Assembly: GCA_017467585.1 (NCBI GenBank)
Contig: JAFUSR010000004.1
Location: 219,563-283,562, forward strand
Reading direction: 5' to 3'
DNA length: 64,000 nt
Source of the DNA: Clostridia bacterium
GTDB lineage: Bacteria; Bacillota; Clostridia; Christensenellales; UBA1242
Below the pieces are notes generated by a model, which ran no database searches, was not told the DNA's origin, and was given only the letters and a program-made list of their open reading frames with translations. The translations under genes were made by a program, and so were the position numbers. Each line of letters begins with the position of its first letter. Position 1 is the stretch's first letter. Positions 18,029-26,823 of this stretch are shown in pieces.

Positions 18029-18145
18029 ATGAAAGTTAGACCAAGTGTTAAACCTATTTGCGAAAATTGCAAGGTTATTAAAAGAAACGGCAAGCTCAGA
18101 GTTATTTGCAGCAAATTCCCTAAACACAAACAAGTTCAGGGTTAA
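18029..18145 (+). CDS. rpmJ: 50S ribosomal protein L36
   Basis: This 38-aa ORF is below the track cutoff: [38 protein letters not shown]. An AAGGAG RBS lies upstream. Confidence 0.93.
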   Translation: MKVRPSVKPICENCKVIKRNGKLRVICSKFPKHKQVQG

Positions 18146-18305
18146 TAATAAGCTTGAAAATTATTGCCGTTTGGGCGGCTAGATAGATTATCTACCAAAT
18201 GGCATTAATATAATGTGGGCTTTAACCCACAAAATAATAATTAACATACCATTCCAAATGTTAATTAAACTAATAAAAAACAAAAAAATATTTTGGAGGA
18301 AAACA

Positions 18306-18671
18306 ATGGCAAGAATTGGTGGTGTAGACTTACCAAACGAAAAAAGAGTAGAAATAGGCTTGACCTATATCTATGGTGTTGGCAGAGTTACTGCTAACAA
18401 AATTTTAGCAGCTACTGGAATCAATCCTGACACACGTGTTAAGGATCTTACAGAAGCTGAAACCGGAAAAATCCGTGAATACATCGACAAACACTTAGTT
18501 GTCGAAGGCGACCTTAAAAGAGAAGTTGGCATGAATATTAAAGCCCTTCAAGAAATTGGTAGCTATCGTGGCATTCGTCACAGAAAAGGTCTTCCAGTAA
18601 GAGGACAAAACACAAGAAGCAATGCTAGAACCAGAAAAGGTCCTAGAAATAGCTCTGTTAAAAAGAAATAA
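18306..18671 (+). CDS. rpsM: 30S ribosomal protein S13
   Basis: The protein begins [29 protein letters not shown] 18306 follows TGGAGGA. The track start at 18213 is an AT-rich upstream extension. Confidence 0.96.
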   Translation: MARIGGVDLPNEKRVEIGLTYIYGVGRVTANKILAATGINPDTRVKDLTEAETGKIREYIDKHLVVEGDLKREVGMNIKALQEIGSYRGIRHRKGLPVRGQNTRSNARTRKGPRNSSVKKK

Positions 18672-18692
18672 GGGAGGAAGTAGACAAAGTTT

Positions 18693-19088
18693 ATGGCAAA
18701 AGAAGTAAAAAAGACAACAAAGAAACGTAGAATTACCACAAACGTAGAAAAGGGTATTGTTCACGTTCAATCATCTTTTAACAACACAATTGTTACAATC
18801 ACTGACGTTCAAGGAAATGTTATTGCTGCTTGTTCTGCTGGTGCCCTTGGTTACAGAGGAAACCGCAAAAGCACACCTTTTGCTGCAGGTCTTGCTGCAG
18901 AGAAAGCTGCTAAAGCCGCAAAAGAATATGGCTTGAAATCTGTTGAAGTTTATGTTAAAGGCCCAGGAAACGGCAGAGAATCTGCAATCAGAAGCGTTGC
19001 AAATGAAGGATTAGAAGTTACACTTATTCGTGATGTATCTCCAATCCCTCACAATGGTTGCCGTCCACCTAAGGCAAGAAGAATTTAG
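18693..19088 (+). CDS. rpsK: 30S ribosomal protein S11
   Basis: uS11 sequence is present ([25 protein letters not shown]..., [12 protein letters not shown]). Confidence 0.97.
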   Translation: MAKEVKKTTKKRRITTNVEKGIVHVQSSFNNTIVTITDVQGNVIAACSAGALGYRGNRKSTPFAAGLAAEKAAKAAKEYGLKSVEVYVKGPGNGRESAIRSVANEGLEVTLIRDVSPIPHNGCRPPKARRI

Positions 19089-19104
19089 GATAAGGAGAAA
19101 GTAA

Positions 19105-19692
19105 ATGGCAGTAAAAGATCCTATTTTAAAGAGATGCCGTTATCTTGGCATCAGCCCAATGGTTATGGGAATTAACAAGAAATCAAATAGAAACCCTGGT
19201 GCTAATGTTCGTCACAAAGTTTCAGAATATGGCATGCAGCTCAAAGAAAAACAAAAAGTTAAATTTATTTATGGTGTAGAAGAACGTCAATTCCGTGGCT
19301 ACTATGAAGAAGCAGAAAGAATGCGTGGCAAAACTGGTGACAACATGTTAAGTCTTCTTGAACGCAGACTCGACAACGTTGTGTTCCGTCTTGGCCTTGC
19401 TCAAACAAGATTTGCCTGCAGACAAATTGTTAGTCACAGACAAATTACCGTAAACGGAAAGAGTGTTGACGTTCGTTCATACCTCGTTAATGTTGGTGAC
19501 GTAATCGCAGTTAAAGAGAGTAAACAAAAGAAAGAAATGTTCTCTGACGTTAAGAGTTTTAGAGTTATCGTTCCAAAATGGTTAGAGTTTGATGCAGAAA
19601 AACTCACAGGAAAAGTCGTAGCTCTTCCAAAACGTGATGATATCGACGTTGATATCCAAGAACACTTAATCATCGAGCTTTATTCTAAATAA
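19105..19692 (+). CDS. rpsD: 30S ribosomal protein S4
   Basis: uS4 sequence is present, with an S4 RNA-binding domain (LERRLDNVVFRLGLAQTRFACRQIVSHRQITVNG). Confidence 0.96.
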   Translation: MAVKDPILKRCRYLGISPMVMGINKKSNRNPGANVRHKVSEYGMQLKEKQKVKFIYGVEERQFRGYYEEAERMRGKTGDNMLSLLERRLDNVVFRLGLAQTRFACRQIVSHRQITVNGKSVDVRSYLVNVGDVIAVKESKQKKEMFSDVKSFRVIVPKWLEFDAEKLTGKVVALPKRDDIDVDIQEHLIIELYSK

Positions 19693-19716
19693 TAATCCCA
19701 AAAAGGAGATAAGATT

Positions 19717-20670
19717 ATGTTTCAAATTGAAAAACCAAAAATTGAATGTATTGAAGAAGAAAATGGTTCTCATGCTAAGTTCGTTGTTGAACCACTTGAA
19801 CGCGGATTTGGTGTAACCATTGGAAACGCTCTTCGTAGATGCTTGCTTTCTGCACTTCCAGGAGCAGCAGTCACAAACATTCGTATTGCCGGAGTAGAAC
19901 ATGAATTTTCTACACTTAAAGGCGCAAAAGAAGATGTAACTGAAATTGTTTTAAACATGAAAACTCTTGCAGTTAAAACATCATCTCTTGATATGAACTT
20001 TAAAAAGACAATAAAGCTTCTTGCTAAAGGTCCTGCTAGAGTAACAGCTGGCATGATTCAAGCAGATGACGAAGTAACAGTCTTGAATCCTGATTTGTAT
20101 ATCTGCACACTCGAAGCAGGTGCAACTCTTGATATGGACATTGTTGTTGGTCGTGGTCGTGGCTATGAACCAGCAGAAAAGAACAAAGACATGAGTTTGC
20201 CAATTGGATATATTGCTATTGACAGCATTTATACACCAGTTCGCAGAGCAAGCTATGAAGTTGAAAACACTCGTGTTGGTCAGAACACTGACTATGACAA
20301 GCTAGTTTTAGACGTAACAACAAACGGAACAATTTCTGGAAAAGAAATTGTTAGCCTTGCAAGCAAACTTTTGGTTGACCATGTTAACATGTTTGTTGAA
20401 CTTGTTGACAGCATGGCAAACACAAGCATTCTTGTTAGCCGTGAAGAAGACAAAGTTCAAAAACTTTTGAACATGAGCATTGAAGACATGGATTTGTCTG
20501 TTCGCTCATATAACTGTTTGAAACGCGCTGGTATCAACACAGTTGAAGATTTAATCAAAAAGACCGAAGAAGATATGCTCAAAGTTAAAAACCTTGGACG
20601 CAAATCTCTTGATGAAGTTATCCACAAGCTTGAAGGACTTGGTCTTGGCCTTAAAGCTAAAGAAGAATAA
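19717..20670 (+). CDS. rpoA: DNA-directed RNA polymerase subunit alpha
   Basis: The N-terminal domain (FVVEPLERGFGVTIGNALRR) and the C-terminal domain (DLSVRSYNCLKRAGINTVEDL) are both present. Confidence 0.97.
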   Translation: MFQIEKPKIECIEEENGSHAKFVVEPLERGFGVTIGNALRRCLLSALPGAAVTNIRIAGVEHEFSTLKGAKEDVTEIVLNMKTLAVKTSSLDMNFKKTIKLLAKGPARVTAGMIQADDEVTVLNPDLYICTLEAGATLDMDIVVGRGRGYEPAEKNKDMSLPIGYIAIDSIYTPVRRASYEVENTRVGQNTDYDKLVLDVTTNGTISGKEIVSLASKLLVDHVNMFVELVDSMANTSILVSREEDKVQKLLNMSIEDMDLSVRSYNCLKRAGINTVEDLIKKTEEDMLKVKNLGRKSLDEVIHKLEGLGLGLKAKEE

Positions 20671-20681
20671 GGAGAAAGAGA

Positions 20682-21173
20682 ATGAGCACAAAGAAATTAG
20701 GAAAACCAACCGACCAAAGAGTTGCTCTTGTAACAAATCTTGCAACAGACCTTTTGTGGCATGGCAGAATTGAAACAACTCTTGATCGTGCAAAAGAAGC
20801 TTCTAAACTTGCTGAAAAATGCATCACAATCGCTAAAAAGGGATATGCTGATGTTGTAACAGAAGAAAAAACTTCTACTGACAGCAAGGGCAAAGAAAAG
20901 AAAGTTAAAGTTTCTAAAGATGGAGCTGTTAAACTTAACTGCAGAAGAAAACTTTTAGCACTTCTTGATGACAGACAAGAGCAAAAAACTAAGGGTGAAA
21001 AGAAAGAAGCTTTTGAAGCAAGAACAAATGGAATCAAACATCCACTTATTGAAAAGTTGTTTGATGATTATGCACCAAAGTATGCTGACAGAAATGGTGG
21101 TTACACAAGAATTTTGAAAACCGAAATTCGTCGTGGCGACAATGCGCAACTTGCTATTGTTGAATTAGTTTAA
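20682..21173 (+). CDS. rplQ: 50S ribosomal protein L17 with internal Lys-rich insertion
   Basis: bL17 ends are conserved (KLGKPTDQRVALVTNLATDLLWHGRIETT ... GGYTRILKTEIRRGDNAQLAIVELV). The protein is 163 aa, against roughly 120 aa for a typical L17. Confidence 0.94.
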   Translation: MSTKKLGKPTDQRVALVTNLATDLLWHGRIETTLDRAKEASKLAEKCITIAKKGYADVVTEEKTSTDSKGKEKKVKVSKDGAVKLNCRRKLLALLDDRQEQKTKGEKKEAFEARTNGIKHPLIEKLFDDYAPKYADRNGGYTRILKTEIRRGDNAQLAIVELV

Positions 21174-21195
21174 TTTATTGGAATGAATTATACAC

Positions 21196-21226
21196 AAAAA
21201 GAAGCGGAACATCGCTTCTTTTTTAT
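21196..21226 (+). terminator. Intrinsic terminator ending the S10-spc-alpha super-operon
   Basis: The stem GAAGCG (21201-21206) / CGCTTC (21213-21218) is followed by T7. Confidence 0.8.
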
Positions 21227-21228
21227 TG

Positions 21229-21258
21229 TTGACACAAAGGCTATCAAAACTATATAAT
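21229..21258 (+). promoter_or_regulatory. Promoter giving a probable leaderless alkD-like mRNA
   Basis: TTGACA at 21229-21234, an 18-nt spacer, and TATAAT at 21253-21258. The ATG at 21265 follows after 6 nt, with no SD. Confidence 0.6.
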
Positions 21259-21264
21259 TTTATT

Positions 21265-21957
21265 ATGAATAGAGAAGAGATTTTAAATGAAATGAACAAA
21301 CTTGCAGACAAAAAGTGGGGTGAGGAGTTTGTTCACAAAAGTATTATTGGAACCAAAGCATCAATTTTGGGGGTTAGAACTCCAGATATGCGAGCACTTG
21401 CTAGAAAAATTGCAAAAACCGACCTAGAGAGTGCATTTTTGGCTTTAAAAGACGACTATTTTGAAGAAAATTTACTTTATGGGTTTCTTCTTGGTTATGT
21501 TGGAGACATGGACGAGACATATCATATGTTGATAGACTTTTTGCCCAGGATAGATAACTGGGCGGTTTGTGATCAAACATGTTCTAGTTTAAAGATTTTT
21601 AAAAATGATAAAGACAACAACTATTTTAAAAGGTTTTTAAACCTTGCTCAAAATGAAAATGAGTTTTATGCACGAGTTGGAATTGTCATGTTAATGCTTT
21701 ATTATTTGAAAGATGAGTGCATAGATAAAATTCTTGAAAATATTGTAAAAATTGAAAATCACGCCTATTATGTTGACATGGCTGTGGCTTGGCTGATAAG
21801 TTTTGCGATAATTAAGTATAAATCTAAAACTTTTGACCTAATAAAATCGCAAAAACTGCAAAAAAGAGTGCAAAATAAGGCAATTTGTAAGTGTAGAGAC
21901 AGTTTTAGAGTAAAAAAATCGCTGAAAGAGCAATTGAAAGAGTATAGAATTAAATAA
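21265..21957 (+). CDS. DNA alkylation repair protein (AlkD-like HEAT-repeat family)
   Basis: The sequence resembles AlkD/DNA_alkylation family members (ILGVRTPDMRALARKIAK..., DNWAVCDQTCSSLKIF). ATG 21265 lies 6 nt after a TATAAT box. Confidence 0.7.
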   Translation: MNREEILNEMNKLADKKWGEEFVHKSIIGTKASILGVRTPDMRALARKIAKTDLESAFLALKDDYFEENLLYGFLLGYVGDMDETYHMLIDFLPRIDNWAVCDQTCSSLKIFKNDKDNNYFKRFLNLAQNENEFYARVGIVMLMLYYLKDECIDKILENIVKIENHAYYVDMAVAWLISFAIIKYKSKTFDLIKSQKLQKRVQNKAICKCRDSFRVKKSLKEQLKEYRIK

Positions 21958-22042
21958 GGTTCCTATATTCTTTTTTTTAAGATAGCTATTATTATGTTTG
22001 CCACAATGCACAAAAAAATGATAAAATAAATTTAGGTGAACT

Positions 22043-22720
22043 ATGCAATTTTTTAAAAATTCTTGGGATGAAAAATTAGAAGAAGAAATGGCTAAGCCAT
22101 ATTTTTTGTCTATGCTTTCAGAACTTGATTATTTGTATGACCACAAAAAAATTTATCCTCCAAGAAATAAAATTTTTAATGCTTTAAAAACCACTCCTTT
22201 TGGCAAAATTAAAGTTGTGATTCTTGGTCAGGACCCATATCACGGAGAGGGTCAGGCTCATGGGCTTTGCTTTTCTGTTTGCCCTGGGGTGGCAATTCCA
22301 CCATCTCTTAAAAATATTTATAAAGAGCAACAGGACGATTTAGGAATTATTCAACCAAATCATGGATACCTTCAGAGTTGGGCAGAACAAGGGGTGTTGA
22401 TGCTAAACACAGTTCTCACGGTAGAAGATGGCAAGCCAAACAGCCATGCTAACATGGGCTGGCAAAAATTTACTGACAGGGTTATTGAGATTGCCAACAC
22501 TCAAGATTCTCCAATTGTGTTTTTGCTTTGGGGCAGAAATGCAATTAGCAAAGCAAAGCTTATCGATAAAAACAAACACTTGGTTTTGTCAACGGTTCAT
22601 CCAAGTCCGCTTTCAGCTTATGGCGGCTTCTTTGGCTGCAAACACTTTAGCAAGTGTAACAAATTTTTGACTGAGCATGGGATTGAGCCAATAAATTGGC
22701 AGCTTCCTGAAATTAAATAA
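22043..22720 (+). CDS. ung: Uracil-DNA glycosylase
   Basis: Family-1 UDG motifs are present ([22 protein letters not shown] and HPSPLSA). Confidence 0.95.
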   Translation: MQFFKNSWDEKLEEEMAKPYFLSMLSELDYLYDHKKIYPPRNKIFNALKTTPFGKIKVVILGQDPYHGEGQAHGLCFSVCPGVAIPPSLKNIYKEQQDDLGIIQPNHGYLQSWAEQGVLMLNTVLTVEDGKPNSHANMGWQKFTDRVIEIANTQDSPIVFLLWGRNAISKAKLIDKNKHLVLSTVHPSPLSAYGGFFGCKHFSKCNKFLTEHGIEPINWQLPEIK

Positions 22721-22725
22721 ATGTT

Positions 22726-24081
22726 ATGAAAAAAGTATTTTATTTTGTGTTATCTTTTTTGCTTGGGGTTGGGGCGTGCATTGTTGCCGGCACAAACTTT
22801 TCTTATGCAGCAGGTGACAACAAGGATTATTTGATTAGCCCAACATTTGCATCTGAAACAGGTTATCAATCAAAATACAACATTGAAGAAGACGAGGTGT
22901 TTGCAACATTTACACCAACATCAGCAAATGGCGTTCTTGCCGGGGCAAGTATCAAACCAAAAAGTTCCGCCACCGACAACTCGTTTGATAAAACATATTT
23001 AACAAAGGCTCCTGGTGTTGAAATTTCAGCAGAAAAATCTTTGTTTATAACATTGTTTTTTAACGGAAAAGAATTTCACAATTTAAAGATTGTTGCGAGC
23101 GATGGAACAAACAGCATTATTTGGAATATTTCTAAAAATGTTATTGCATCTGAAGTCAATTCTAACACCAGCACTTCTCGAATCAGATATGGGTGGGTGA
23201 CTGTTGAGTTGCCAGCCTCGCAAAATATAACTATTACATCACTTCAATTTGTTTATGCTAGTGATTCTTCAGATGATGGAATATCATATTCTCAAATGTA
23301 CTTTTATGCACCATATGTGGCAGACAAGCAAAATGATAATATTGCATTTAGTCAAAAGCAAAAGTATTATAACTATTCAGTTAAATTTGCAAATTATGAT
23401 TATGTTAACGACAAACTAGGAATATTTTCTGCAAGTGATTTATTTGAGTATTGTTATATTGGAGACGTTAACTATCTTGCAAGCCCAACAGACGACTATT
23501 ACTTTATTCTTTCTGTAACTAACAACAGCACAGCGACAACCGTTTCGCACACTCTTAAGATTGGAACTTTTGATTTTCAATACACATTTAATGAAATTGC
23601 CAACTATGAAATTAGTGTGTCGCTTTATGACTCATTGGGCACAGGGCTTTGGGTTGTTAGCCGGAGCTATAACATAAACGAATTTGTTGCTTTATATTTA
23701 AGTCAGGGTTTGCCAGACATGCAAAAGGGGCAGACGTTTTCTTTTGATATAAACATTTCTTCGCTCTTGATAGGAGCTCACGATTTGACTGCGGTTTCAA
23801 CAAACAGCAAGGTTGCAAGTGCTGAGGTTAAAGACGGAAAACTTTATGTCTCGGCAAATGGTCGAGGCAGTTGTGACATTACCATTAAAATTACTGGGAA
23901 AAAGGGAACCAGTGAAGAGCAAACCTATTCATCAACCTACAGAGTTTTTGTTTCTGAAAAAAATGAAGTGAATTGGTGGTTGATGGGTGGTGTTGCAATT
24001 TTCTTGATTGTTGCAGGTGTTGTGGTGTATACTATTATGGTAAGACGAAGAATGATAAGGGGAAAATATCCTAAATACTAA
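22726..24081 (+). CDS. Secreted, C-terminally membrane-anchored surface protein (function unknown)
   Basis: It has an N-terminal signal-like segment (FYFVLSFLLGVGACIVAG) and an Ig-like segment (LTAVSTNSKVASAEVKDGKLYVSANGRGSCDITIKITG). A C-terminal TM with a basic tail follows (WWLMGGVAIFLIVAGVVVYTIMVRRRMIRGK). Confidence 0.6.
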   Translation: MKKVFYFVLSFLLGVGACIVAGTNFSYAAGDNKDYLISPTFASETGYQSKYNIEEDEVFATFTPTSANGVLAGASIKPKSSATDNSFDKTYLTKAPGVEISAEKSLFITLFFNGKEFHNLKIVASDGTNSIIWNISKNVIASEVNSNTSTSRIRYGWVTVELPASQNITITSLQFVYASDSSDDGISYSQMYFYAPYVADKQNDNIAFSQKQKYYNYSVKFANYDYVNDKLGIFSASDLFEYCYIGDVNYLASPTDDYYFILSVTNNSTATTVSHTLKIGTFDFQYTFNEIANYEISVSLYDSLGTGLWVVSRSYNINEFVALYLSQGLPDMQKGQTFSFDINISSLLIGAHDLTAVSTNSKVASAEVKDGKLYVSANGRGSCDITIKITGKKGTSEEQTYSSTYRVFVSEKNEVNWWLMGGVAIFLIVAGVVVYTIMVRRRMIRGKYPKY

Positions 24082-24103
24082 AGAAGAAAGGGGGAAATAG
24101 ATT

Positions 24104-25357
24104 ATGGCTGATGGCAGAAAAAAGATACCATATGACGTGGCACCTATTTCTCGTGATTATTCTAAATCAGAATCTAACAGGCAATATGTTCCTTCCAAAC
24201 CAAGGCTAACAGCCAGCTTATTTATTATAGCCATTTTGGTGTTTAACATTGTTCTTGGAATTATAACCATAACAACAGTGGCACGAAATGGTGGAACAAA
24301 TGTTATTAATTTAAGTCAGACAATTTCTTCCTCTGATGGCGACGGAATAACCTATGCCACAAGCAAGGCAGAACTGTCTGTTGTGTGTATTGGTGTTGGT
24401 GGAAGTGATTCTTCTAGAAACAGCTTTTCGCAAACCAATGTGCCAGACAGCAAAGAAATTTTTTCAAACACTTCAAGCAGGGGTTCTGGAATTATCTTTA
24501 GCATTGATAAAAATGATGGGGTTGCATATATTGTGACTTGCTATCACGTTGTTTCAACAAACACAAACGCTGCATTCGTTTTGCTTTACGATTCGAATCA
24601 ACCAGTTTATGCAACCGTTCTTGGAACGAGCACAAGCAACGATATTGCTGTTTTAAAAATTCAAGACAATCAACTTAAAAACACAATCTGCAATGCGGCA
24701 ACATTTGCCGATAGTGGCATGATTCGCGACAGCGAAACAGCAATTGCTGTTGGCAATCCAGAAGGCAAGGGCTTTGCCTCATCTGCTGGAACAATAACAA
24801 GGCCAATTGTAGAATATTATCACAGAGATATTGCTGCCACAATTAGAGGTGTTGAAGTTTCAACTAAGATTAACGCAGGAAACAGTGGTGGCGGCTTGTT
24901 TGATAAAAACGGAAACTTGATTGGCATGGTTCAAGCCAAAATTAATTCTAGTGATATAGATAATGTTGCATATGCTCTTCCATCAAATTTTGTTGCCAGT
25001 CTTGCAAACAACATTATTGAAAGAAGAAACTTGTCTTATGCACCTGCAGGATACACTGTGAACACAACTGTTAATGTGAAAGTTGTTGGTGGAGTAAACT
25101 ATAGGCTGAAAAACGTTTTTGTGAAAGCAATTGATCCTTCTACTGGAGTTGATGTTGCTGGAAAACTTGTTGCCGGAGACCAGTTGCTTTCAATAACTTA
25201 TCAGGGAAAGACTGTTGAAATAATAAGCGAATATACTTACGAAGATATTAAATATGATTTAAAAACTGGTGACCAAATTACATATAGGGTTAAACACACT
25301 AATGGAAACACAGAAAATGTTACCATAACAATAACACAAGTAACATCTAGTCGATAG
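24104..25357 (+). CDS. Membrane-anchored trypsin-like serine protease (HtrA/S1C-like)
   Basis: An N-terminal TM is present (LFIIAILVFNIVLGIITITTV). Candidate catalytic triad contexts are CYHVV, NDIAVLKI and GNSGGGLFDKNGNLIGMV. Confidence 0.8.
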   Translation: MADGRKKIPYDVAPISRDYSKSESNRQYVPSKPRLTASLFIIAILVFNIVLGIITITTVARNGGTNVINLSQTISSSDGDGITYATSKAELSVVCIGVGGSDSSRNSFSQTNVPDSKEIFSNTSSRGSGIIFSIDKNDGVAYIVTCYHVVSTNTNAAFVLLYDSNQPVYATVLGTSTSNDIAVLKIQDNQLKNTICNAATFADSGMIRDSETAIAVGNPEGKGFASSAGTITRPIVEYYHRDIAATIRGVEVSTKINAGNSGGGLFDKNGNLIGMVQAKINSSDIDNVAYALPSNFVASLANNIIERRNLSYAPAGYTVNTTVNVKVVGGVNYRLKNVFVKAIDPSTGVDVAGKLVAGDQLLSITYQGKTVEIISEYTYEDIKYDLKTGDQITYRVKHTNGNTENVTITITQVTSSR

Positions 25358-25421
25358 AGATAAAATACTTGCAAAAACAAATATTATTTGTTATAATAAT
25401 TGCATATTTGGAGGAAATACA

Positions 25422-25652
25422 ATGGTTGAACAAAGAGTAAAAGAAATTTTAGCTGACCAACTTGGAGTTGATGTTAGCAAGATTACTGCAGACACAAATG
25501 TTGTTGCTGACCTTGGTGCGGACTCACTTGATTTGGTTGAAGTTTTGATGAGTTTGGAAGACGAATTTAACGTTTCTATTCCTGACGATGCTATTGCCGA
25601 AATTAAAACTGTTAAACAAATTGTTGAATATATTGAAGCACAGAGAAAATAA
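25422..25652 (+). CDS. acpP: Acyl carrier protein
   Basis: The 76-aa protein has the phosphopantetheine attachment motif DLGADSLDLVE. Confidence 0.95.
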   Translation: MVEQRVKEILADQLGVDVSKITADTNVVADLGADSLDLVEVLMSLEDEFNVSIPDDAIAEIKTVKQIVEYIEAQRK

Positions 25653-25664
25653 TAAAAAAATAAA

Positions 25665-25688
25665 ATAGGCGAGAGCCTATTTTTTTTT
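25665..25688. terminator. Bidirectional terminator shared by acpP (+) and SRP RNA (-)
   Basis: The stem is ATAGGC-gaga-GCCTAT. A T8 run lies on the plus side and an A-rich run on the other. Confidence 0.75.
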
Positions 25689-25699
25689 GCAAAATAAAA

Positions 25700-25969
25700 G
25701 TGTTGTGCGCAAATTTCGACATACAACACCGATTCGGGGACAAAGTAGCCAACTACTCCAAAGCCACCCCATGGCACATAAGCGAGTTTGCTTAGTGCTG
25801 CTGCGGTCAAGCTCTGACACGGTTCACAAATGCCTATTGCATGGGACCTTGGTATCAACATCACTTGCAGTGTTCTGCAACCCATATCGTATGCCTAAAA
25901 GTGCTGTCAGCCCTGCGTGTAGCGGATTTCAGGTTAAGGGCACCGCTAGCTCCCCACCTAGCACAACAC
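25700..25969 (-). ncRNA. ffs: Signal recognition particle RNA, large Bacillus type with Alu domain (~270 nt)
   Basis: The minus-strand transcript reads GUGUUGUGCUAGGUGGGGAGCUAGCGGUGCCCUUAACCUGAAAUCCGCU...GUGUCAGAGCUUGACCGCAGCAGCACUAAGCAAAC...GCGCACAACAC. The segment GGGGAGCUAGCGGUGCCC..ACCUG.AAUCCGCU matches my recollection of the B. subtilis scRNA Alu domain, and GUCAG...GCAGCAGCA.UAAG matches the helix 8 / domain IV core. The 5' GUGUUGUGC pairs with the 3' GCACAACAC. The gene has its own TTGATA-17-TATAAT promoter. The region is GC-enriched relative to its flanks. Confidence 0.88.
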
Positions 25970-25976
25970 TTAGCAT

Positions 25977-26005
25977 ATTATATACTAATATCACAAAAAT
26001 ATCAA
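25977..26005 (-). promoter_or_regulatory. SRP RNA promoter
   Basis: On the minus strand: TTGATA at 26005-26000, a 17-nt spacer, and TATAAT at 25982-25977. The -10 box lies 7 nt upstream of the proposed RNA 5' end at 25969. Confidence 0.65.
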
Positions 26006-26095
26006 TAATTTTTTAATATTTTGATTTTAACAGTTTAGCGTTTGTTGACATAAATCTTCGATTTATGATATCTTATGAATATAAAAGGAGCGATA

Positions 26096-26809
26096 ATGGA
26101 AAAATCTAACGGAGACCGCTTTATTTTTGCTTATAACAGGCTTGATCAAGGGCTTAGAAGCATTTATAACATAAAGCAATCACTTGGCTTTGGCGAAGTT
26201 ATTAGAAAAGTTGCACCAATCAACAGCATAATTAAAAAATATGAGGACGATTTGATTGAGTGTGGCAGACTTAGAAATGCAATTGTTCATGGTGCTGGCG
26301 ACACGCTTATTGCAGAGCCAAACACTGAAGTTGTTGAAAAACTAGAACAAATTGCCAGAATTGTAACAACGCCACCTAGAGTAATTGATGTTTTGCCTAA
26401 GCGCAAGGTTATGGTTGTCGATGGTGATGAAACCATAGGCAAAATTTGTGCGAGCATTTTTGAAAGTGGCTATAGCATTGTTCCTGTTCAAATTAGAGGA
26501 ACAATTGTTGGTGTTATCAACAGAAAGATGATTGTTGACGCAATTGGAGCGGCAGTGAAAGCAGGGGTTAGTGTTGACACACTTTTGAAAGAACCTGTTG
26601 CAACAGGACTTGACGTTTTAAATGTTGCTAATCACTATGAGATTGCGCCTAGCAGCATAACAATTGACAGCATGCTCTTTATGTTTCAACAAAACAGAAA
26701 GTTGTCTGCTGTTATCATAACCAAAAACGGCAACTACAACGAAGAGCCTCTTGCGGTTGTTGTAACCAGCGACACGTTAGATTTGCAATCTGTTTTAGAT
26801 AACTATTAA
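26096..26809 (+). CDS. HEPN-like (RNAIVH) N-terminal domain fused to a tandem CBS pair
   Basis: The N-terminal helical region of about 95 aa ends in GRLRNAIVHG, which fits the Rx4H HEPN signature. Two CBS-like repeats follow (VMVVDGDETIGKICASIFESGYSIVPV... and SAVIITKNGNYNEEPLAVVVTSD). ATG 26096 lies 5 nt after AGGAG. Confidence 0.6.
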   Translation: MEKSNGDRFIFAYNRLDQGLRSIYNIKQSLGFGEVIRKVAPINSIIKKYEDDLIECGRLRNAIVHGAGDTLIAEPNTEVVEKLEQIARIVTTPPRVIDVLPKRKVMVVDGDETIGKICASIFESGYSIVPVQIRGTIVGVINRKMIVDAIGAAVKAGVSVDTLLKEPVATGLDVLNVANHYEIAPSSITIDSMLFMFQQNRKLSAVIITKNGNYNEEPLAVVVTSDTLDLQSVLDNY

Positions 26810-26823
26810 TATTCAGGTGGAAC

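Noticed and set aside
18213-18305. An upstream start for rpsM (track ORF begins at 18213).
   Set aside because: The extension is AT-rich nonsense ([25 protein letters not shown]...). The conserved S13 N-terminus [10 protein letters not shown] begins at 18306 behind GGAGGA.
25391-26016. Two long overlapping ORFs, 25391..25885 (-) and 25687..26016 (+).
   Set aside because: Both lie on the SRP RNA gene and on acpP antisense sequence. The open frames result from GC-rich structured RNA, and neither has an RBS or protein-like sequence.
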